A DNA stretch of 63,344 bases, filler included, from Choristocarpus tenellus KU-1152 (lineage: Eukaryota > Protista > Phaeophyceae): the NCBI GenBank assembly GCA_964200185.2. It is 10 parts of 10 records of this genome, joined end to end, with 100 filler letters (N's around TTAATTAATTAA, not from the genome) between each part and the next. Parts side by side here need not be neighbours in the genome. Positions count along the whole stretch, not along the records: positions 52,962 to 57,333 come from CAXNAD020014860.1; positions 57,434 to 60,708 come from CAXNAD020021108.1; positions 60,809 to 63,344 come from CAXNAD020026970.1; 7 more parts are not named here. One strand, written 5' to 3'. Position numbers and translations under genes: made by a program. Each line of letters starts with the position of its first letter. The stretch's first letter is position 1. The notes under the pieces were generated by a model. It was not told the origin of the DNA. It ran no database searches and was given only the letters and a program-made list of their open reading frames with translations. Positions 57,247 through 63,344 of this stretch are shown here, piece by piece.

Positions 57247-59286
57247 CTGTGTTGAGATGGTCAGGATTCTATTTAGAGTTAAGCCCTGTAGTACTACATA
57301 CACCACAGCAACCCAAAACATACAGTAGTACCCNNNNNNNNNNNNNNNNNNNNNNNNNNNNNNNNNNNNNNNNNNNNTTAATTAATTAANNNNNNNNNNN
57401 NNNNNNNNNNNNNNNNNNNNNNNNNNNNNNNNNAAAACAACCATCCTCATAGTCCCGGGCCATCCTCCATTTTGAGGATCCCCTGTTTAAGTTGTTGCTT
57501 AAACCACATAAAGAAGGCCGGCCTCCTCAACCAGACATCGGCTTTCTTCTTATTTTTTTCTTTTTGGGCGTAATAATACCTGGACCAGATATGGAACAAG
57601 GTCCAAACGTTCAACGAACTTTAGGGTCATACTTTGTTGAGGGAATTGCTGACCATAAACCTGGAATGGGTCGTAAATCCCCTCAAAATGAGTCATTCCG
57701 GCTTATATTTAGAGGTTTTGCACCGGCTAGTGATGTATAGCAGAAAGCAAAAGAACCTTCTCGGTGTGTAGAGATCATTAAAGCGTACAGATTACAACGC
57801 AGTCTGGATGCTTCTTCTAGCAAAATTGTAATGACGCTAAAGTCTTCGAAATCTCCCAGTAACCAATGTGTACCTACCCCCCGAAAATCTTTCTACTATA
57901 CTCCACCACCCTCTCCCGCAATAACCTAAGAACCATCACAATTTTCACTAACACACCTGGCTCAATCAATTGACACCATCGTTGCTGAGAGCGTTCAACG
58001 TGTTTTTACTTCGAACCCTCAAAGCGATATCGCTGTGACTACATCTGCTGCTCACAACGTGGGTTGCCGACCTGATACGACAACAGACTTCACAAAAATG
58101 TGTAGAGATGGAGATTGAATCCTTTTTCAAGGCAAGCTCGTCAACACCCTCTCCGCTAGGTTGTTAACTTTCCTCCTTCCATTATGCAGACATATTTGTC
58201 CACCATGCCCAAATGGACATCTTGGTGGATCCATACACATAGGGGTGTTCAGGGCTTTATCTCTTTTTTCCAACGACAGATGTAAGAAGATCCCCATGCA
58301 CCTCTTTTTTGCATCTCCAACCTTGCTTTCACCATACCTTGAAATTAGTACCTAATGTGAATACTTAGTATTGTCATTTACAGGTTTGGGTCCTTTAGTC
58401 TTACGCACTGCATTGTTTAGATCCCTCAGCCCTCTCAAAAGTTTTCCCCCTTAATGAAAAACATTTTCTCTCTGTTCATTCGAGCTCATCCCGTTGGAGG
58501 AGATGGTATTCCTCACAGGCTGGGGCATGATTTCTGCGCTACAAAGTCCAAAAGAGTGGGACTGGAAGACAAGTGTACCTTATCCCTCCAGATCTTAGGA
58601 TATTAGGGTTACTAGCAACTATATGTGAAGGTGAGAGGTATTTCCTATCACCTCCGAAGGGATTAGACATTGTGCAGATTCCTTGAAGTGAAAGTAGACA
58701 ACCCTTTCCTGACAAGAACAGAATATATGACCTTTTGCTCTAAAGGAAGCAAGGTAATAATTCAAGCCAATGATTCACCCCTAAAAGGAAACCACTAATC
58801 CAGTTCCTTCAAACCCTCCGACTCAGTACTGTTCCTTTTGAGACATCGGTTGTGGCCTAGCGCAACCCATAACAAAGGGTAGGGAACAGCGGTTACCCAC
58901 CCACAATTACATTAGCCGAGCCATTGCAGCTTGATCACCACAATAACACAATCAACGCTTTTCAAACAAAATTCCTGGGATGCTTATCTAAGTTACCTCT
59001 GGGTTCTTAAAAGGTACAATATATATATATTCCTGTGCAGACTTAAACGGTTATTTGTGTGAGTACGGAAGAAAAGAGATGGGAGCCTTACTTACATGAA
59101 CCCCCTTGATAGATGATTGAAAAGAGAAGAGAGATCATTATCCATGGTGGGGCCTGGGTTAGCACCTAATGCTTCTAGAAGAAATCACTAGCCATTAGCA
59201 CTTACCATGTTTTCAAAAAACTCCATCACATCATAAAAAAAACATCTCAATATATGGACTTCAACCTACAATGAATTGGTCAATAA

Positions 59287-59466
59287 GGCTAAAACTATCT
59301 GGGGGGGGTAGAGGTGCCTATACCAGGGTGTCCACTGGGCCCTTACCAGGAAAGTGCACTTACATTATTATCCATCCGACACATGCAACCAAATCACACA
59401 AAAATTGCGACATGGGAAAATGGGTCCCGAATGGACAGCCGTCACCCCCCCCAGATACTTTGAGCC
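59287..59466. mobile_element. Complete MITE family B1 copy (180 bp)
   Basis: TIRs GGCTAAAACTATCTGGGGGGGG / CCCCCCCCAGATACTTTGAGCC; 4-bp TSD ATAA. Confidence 0.92.
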
Positions 59467-59697
59467 ATAAATAACCCGCTAACATATAAGTATCATCTCG
59501 AATACTTCCCGCTACATATTACTGTAATTCATATCGTATTCTGCACATTTCCATCACGGACATAATTTTGGGCTCCAACCTTGTTGAGGACAACTTTCTA
59601 GGGATTCCTTGAAATTGGTCACATGAACTTTTATGGGATATACAGTTGACATTAATTATTTTCGATACAACAATTTGGGATTCCAGCCATGTAGAGG

Positions 59698-59955
59698 CAG
59701 TGAAAATATCTTAGAGGGTACGAGTTTTTCCCTCATTGTCCATTTGGGGCTTGGCTTCCCACAGTTATTTTTATGACATTTTACCTACTCCTAAATGTTT
59801 CGGAGTAAGTAAAAATATACATTCTGGAAAGGTGTATCTGGAACAAGGATATGGACACTCCTAACAAACACGAAAGTCAAAATTACGTCAAAATCGCAAC
59901 ATTTTATTCTGACCCCAAAATTGACGCGACTCTACCCTCTAAGATACTTTGACTC
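59698..59955. mobile_element. MITE family A copy 8
   Basis: CAGTGAAAATATCTTAGAGGGTA...TACCCTCTAAGATACTTTGACTC; 4-bp TSD GAGG. Confidence 0.9.
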
Positions 59956-60408
59956 GAGGGCAACCTTTGAATCCTTCCTTGTTCTTCGTCAAGATTTGAT
60001 CTTGGTGGTAGTATGTGTGTCTGGGTGATTGACTGATCGTCATGAGTAGCCTCGAGTGGCCAAAGGTGTGGAGATCTTGCTTCGGTTGAATTAATCGCGC
60101 TCTCTTCTACAGTGACAGGCCGTTCGGAGTGGAGGGGTGAAATAGTGCAGTGTAGCACTGATGAATTCATGCTGATGAACCTTGGGACATGATCTGCACA
60201 GTCGCAAGGTTGAACAATGTTGTGTGTGATGGGGTGATCCTTAATGCATTAAAGTGAAAAGATTCGTGTGGCGGCTTGTTAGCACCTTGTCAAGAAGGAG
60301 TTCGTGGGTGTTTAACTCAGGACATAAATAATCGAGTTGTGCATCTGATACACTTAAGCAGAGTGAGTTCGGTGTGTGAGTGGGGGCAAAGCCAAAAAAA
60401 AAATGTTG

Positions 60409-60686
60409 TTTATCCCAGTCAATTTTGGGTCAAGCCCATCCTCAATTTTTGAAATCGGCTGTTAACAGTGGACATCTCTCAAAATACTAGTATGTGTTGC
60501 ATTAGTTGTATCAGATATTGATTCACGTTTGTTTTTTTATTTTATCTTCAACAGTAGAAAAAACAGTTGTATCTCAAAGTGTTGATATGTTTTTTTTTGT
60601 TTTGTCATTTTAGAAAAAAATCATATCGACACTTTATCCCAGTCAATTTTGGATCAAGCCCATCCTCAATTTTTGAAATCGGCTGT
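60409..60686. repeat. Two direct copies of a ~53-bp dispersed repeat; also present reverse-complemented at about 52045-52120
   Basis: TTTATCCCAGTCAATTTTGGRTCAAGCCCATCCTCAATTTTTGAAATCGGCTGT near 60409 and 60632. Confidence 0.8.
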
Positions 60687-60911
60687 GGCCCAAAGTATCT
60701 GGGGGGGGNNNNNNNNNNNNNNNNNNNNNNNNNNNNNNNNNNNNNNNNNNNNTTAATTAATTAANNNNNNNNNNNNNNNNNNNNNNNNNNNNNNNNNNNN
60801 NNNNNNNNTTGGTTGGGCGTGGCAGATTTGAAATTTCAGCAAAAAAAATATGTTTGACCGAAACGGACGCCCACTCACAAATCCCCCCCCCCCCCCAAGA
60901 TACTTTGACCC
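60687..60911. mobile_element. MITE family B termini either side of a linker (60687-60708 and 60809-60911; different contigs)
   Basis: GGCCCAAAGTATCTGGGGGGGG and ...CCCCAAGATACTTTGACCC. Confidence 0.78.
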
Positions 60912-61614
60912 TATTAAAAAGAGTACCAACTACACAAAAGATGTGAAATACGTATGGAAGCAGCTTATGACATATGAAAGTTGCTGCCAGGTATGGGAAA
61001 ATGCCAAGTATGATACTCTTCAAAGTCTCACACAAGTCTCATTTTCTTCTTCAAACATAAACATAAAAACCTCTCAGGTACTGCATCAGATTGTGTCTAG
61101 AGGTGTGAAAAGAACACGCAAATAAAAAGTACCTCACAAATAAATTACATCCAGCGAGGTTAGCCAATGATTTTAACGGTATATATTGAATTTTCCTTCA
61201 ATGGTGGGTATAACAATTGTGCTGAAGTGGTATTCATATCTGCCATCCAAGCAGATGTCCGGGGTACGAATCCCCGCGATTGTAGTTTTGAAGACTTGAA
61301 CGATTCGTAGTAACAACATTGTTATTATCATGATCACGAATATGTTATTGTTACTATGATATATACTAATATACACTCTGAAGTTTTCCAGATGTGTTAT
61401 AGAAAAAGTCAATTCAATATTTATTATTATGCCCTCTGACATTTTGCAGATGTGTCAGGNNNNNNNNNNGTTAGCCCTAAAGAAATAAAATATCCTAAAC
61501 ATAAGAACACTATAAAACAATATTTGTCAATTCAATATCGTAAGGACCCCTATAAAGTAATAGCTGTAAATTACGATCGTTTCTTATCATTATCATTAGT
61601 GTCATATCTATCAT

Positions 61615-61692
61615 TACTATCAGTATTATCAGTATTATCAGTATTATCAGTATTATCAGTATTATCAGTATCATCAGTATCATCAGTATCAC
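61615..61692. repeat. 9-bp tandem repeat (TATCAGTAT)n
   Basis: Direct inspection of the sequence. Confidence 0.92.
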
Positions 61693-62230
61693 CAATATCA
61701 TCATTGTTATCAATATCACTAAGATCATCATTATCAATATAATCATGAGTATCATTGTCAAAAACAGGTCCGTTTTATGGGATCTCCCACATACACATTT
61801 TGTGGAAATGGTGCATGTACATTTGCGCGTGCCAACCACATCATTGAACTTGACCATATCGACCAAGTCAAAAACCAGACACACCCTCAAGATCCAGATT
61901 TGACCAAACAGTCAGAAGGACTGTCAGAACGAAGATCCATTCCGATTCTCACTGAACCCTTTTCCTATTGTGATGTTGCTCAGTCATTCTGTGAAATCTG
62001 TTATTCCTGAGGTTTCAATTCTGTTCTGAATTGCCTCAATTGACATTGGGATGTTGGGGCAAGACCTGCGAACTCGATATTACCCTCTATGGTGGAAGAG
62101 TTCACTCTGGTGATTGTGATTGCCCCCTTGTGGAGCGAACCTTTTGAGCCTTGACACTTCCACATAATTATTCCTGTCATTATGACTATTATCCTTGTTA
62201 TAATTATAATCAATATCAACATCATCATTC

Positions 62231-63344
62231 TAATTATTATGCCATCTAACATTTTGGAGATATGTCAGGAAGAAAATCAATAAAAAACTATTCACATAAT
62301 AGAATCATCTCTTAAAAAGAAAAAAGTTGTCGGAAAATGTGAAAGACATTCATTAATTATTTACCATTTCACTACCAGCTATGCTGAGTACCTCTGTCTT
62401 CCTGTGCCTCCAACCTAGCTTTCCTACACTTGTGGGTGAGCAATGGAAGCATCCCAAGAATCTATCAAGCCCTCCTGTTACAGGCGATATGTCTTGATGG
62501 GGGTTTCATAAACACCATTATGACCTTGAAGTCCTAGATTTGATATATTTGTACTTCTTGACTATTTATTTATTATTTATTTATTACCATCGTTGCCAGT
62601 TACTTTTTATATGAATATATTGACGATGCTTATGAAGGGAACAATCTAAGAGCAAGATCCAGGATACTTGACGACTGGTGCATCACCAGTCCTATATGTG
62701 CATCATCGTCATACATAGCCTTGTGGACTGGAGCTATATACCCTGTCTGTGGAGGTAACCTATGGAGCGTGCTGTAACACTCCTTGCCCATCTCCCTGGT
62801 GTCTCCAGCTTAAAACACGTAACACGTCAAGATAGTGCTACTTGCATTGTGACTGAGACTATCTGGCATTGACAGGATTTGACCGCCCCTTTTCTGGTGT
62901 AGCCTCCCGTCCCTCTCCCCACTACCATGTGCGTAGCTAGCTCATATAGAAAACTTTCCGCTTGCTTACTGAGACGCCCAAAACTTTCCACCACAATGGT
63001 GTTGAGGTTACAACTATGAGGGTCAAAAGATCCCTCGTAGTGGGTATGCTTTCGCGCCTCAGCTATAGCAGGAGCTGCACCATTGCTGGTGGATGAGTGA
63101 GGAAGATGGGAGGCTGCTTCCACTTCTGCAAACGTAACATCGAGGAGGGTGCCTTTGCCTCGGTAAGGAGCTGACCTAGCGTCCGCAAGTGCCCCCCCCG
63201 CATGGAAGACCAGATCCGTGCGGAAATTCCTATCCACTGTAAATGGGTTACCATCCTCCATTGTGCAGGGGATGCCCATTCCTTCACAGAGTTGACCCAG
63301 ACGTTTCACCATTGGTGTGTGTTGGCGAACCTGTCTTCCAGCCC
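62231..63344 (-). mobile_element. CRE-like non-LTR retrotransposon 3' end: restriction-like endonuclease domain (62827-63312) and 3' UTR
   Basis: RQH...RTDL...LLDVT...EARKHTHY...VVESFGRL fits the PD-(D/E)xK RLE domain of CRE-type elements. The TGA at 62829-62827 looks premature, because the 44.1-kb copy reads ALSRRV there. Confidence 0.82.
62476..62779. mobile_element. Complete family D element (304 bp; solo LTR or non-autonomous Ginger-like)
   Basis: TGTTACAG...CTGTAACA termini with a perfect 4-bp TSD CTCC. Removing it restores sequence matching the uninterrupted copy at about 44200-44240. Confidence 0.85.

Overview
This is eukaryotic nuclear DNA, most likely from a photosynthetic stramenopile (brown-alga-like). 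The inference rests on GT-AG introns, bipartite 'signal peptide + A|F' plastid presequences, a bHLH-PAS factor and TTAGGG repeats. The window is not one locus: it is 10 contigs joined by nine artificial 100-bp linkers (N44-TTAATTAATTAA-N44). One gene-dense contig (20965-40288) carries four spliced genes that I reconstructed exon by exon. They are PDX2 (vitamin B6 glutaminase, with an unusual KRRK-containing insertion), a plastid-targeted PabA-PabB aminodeoxychorismate synthase (folate), a probable thylakoid-lumen PsbQ-like protein 194 bp head-to-head with it, and a bHLH-PAS transcription factor. Other contigs carry fragments of an RPEL-repeat gene, a frameshifted ankyrin/TRP-like gene and a UBA1-type E1 with degenerate adenylation motifs. 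The rest is mobile DNA: decayed Copia, Gypsy, RTE and CRE-like retroelements, three MITE families sharing a terminal G(A/G)NNNAAAGTATCT motif with mixed 3-/4-bp TSDs, and a TGT...ACA element that twice interrupts the same part of the CRE-like element. Microsatellites and interstitial telomere-like repeats are also present. I saw no rRNA, tRNA or CRISPR array, and I cannot claim a proven new system. The best leads are the vitamin/plastid gene cluster, the altered E1, the MITE superfamily and the nested-target element.
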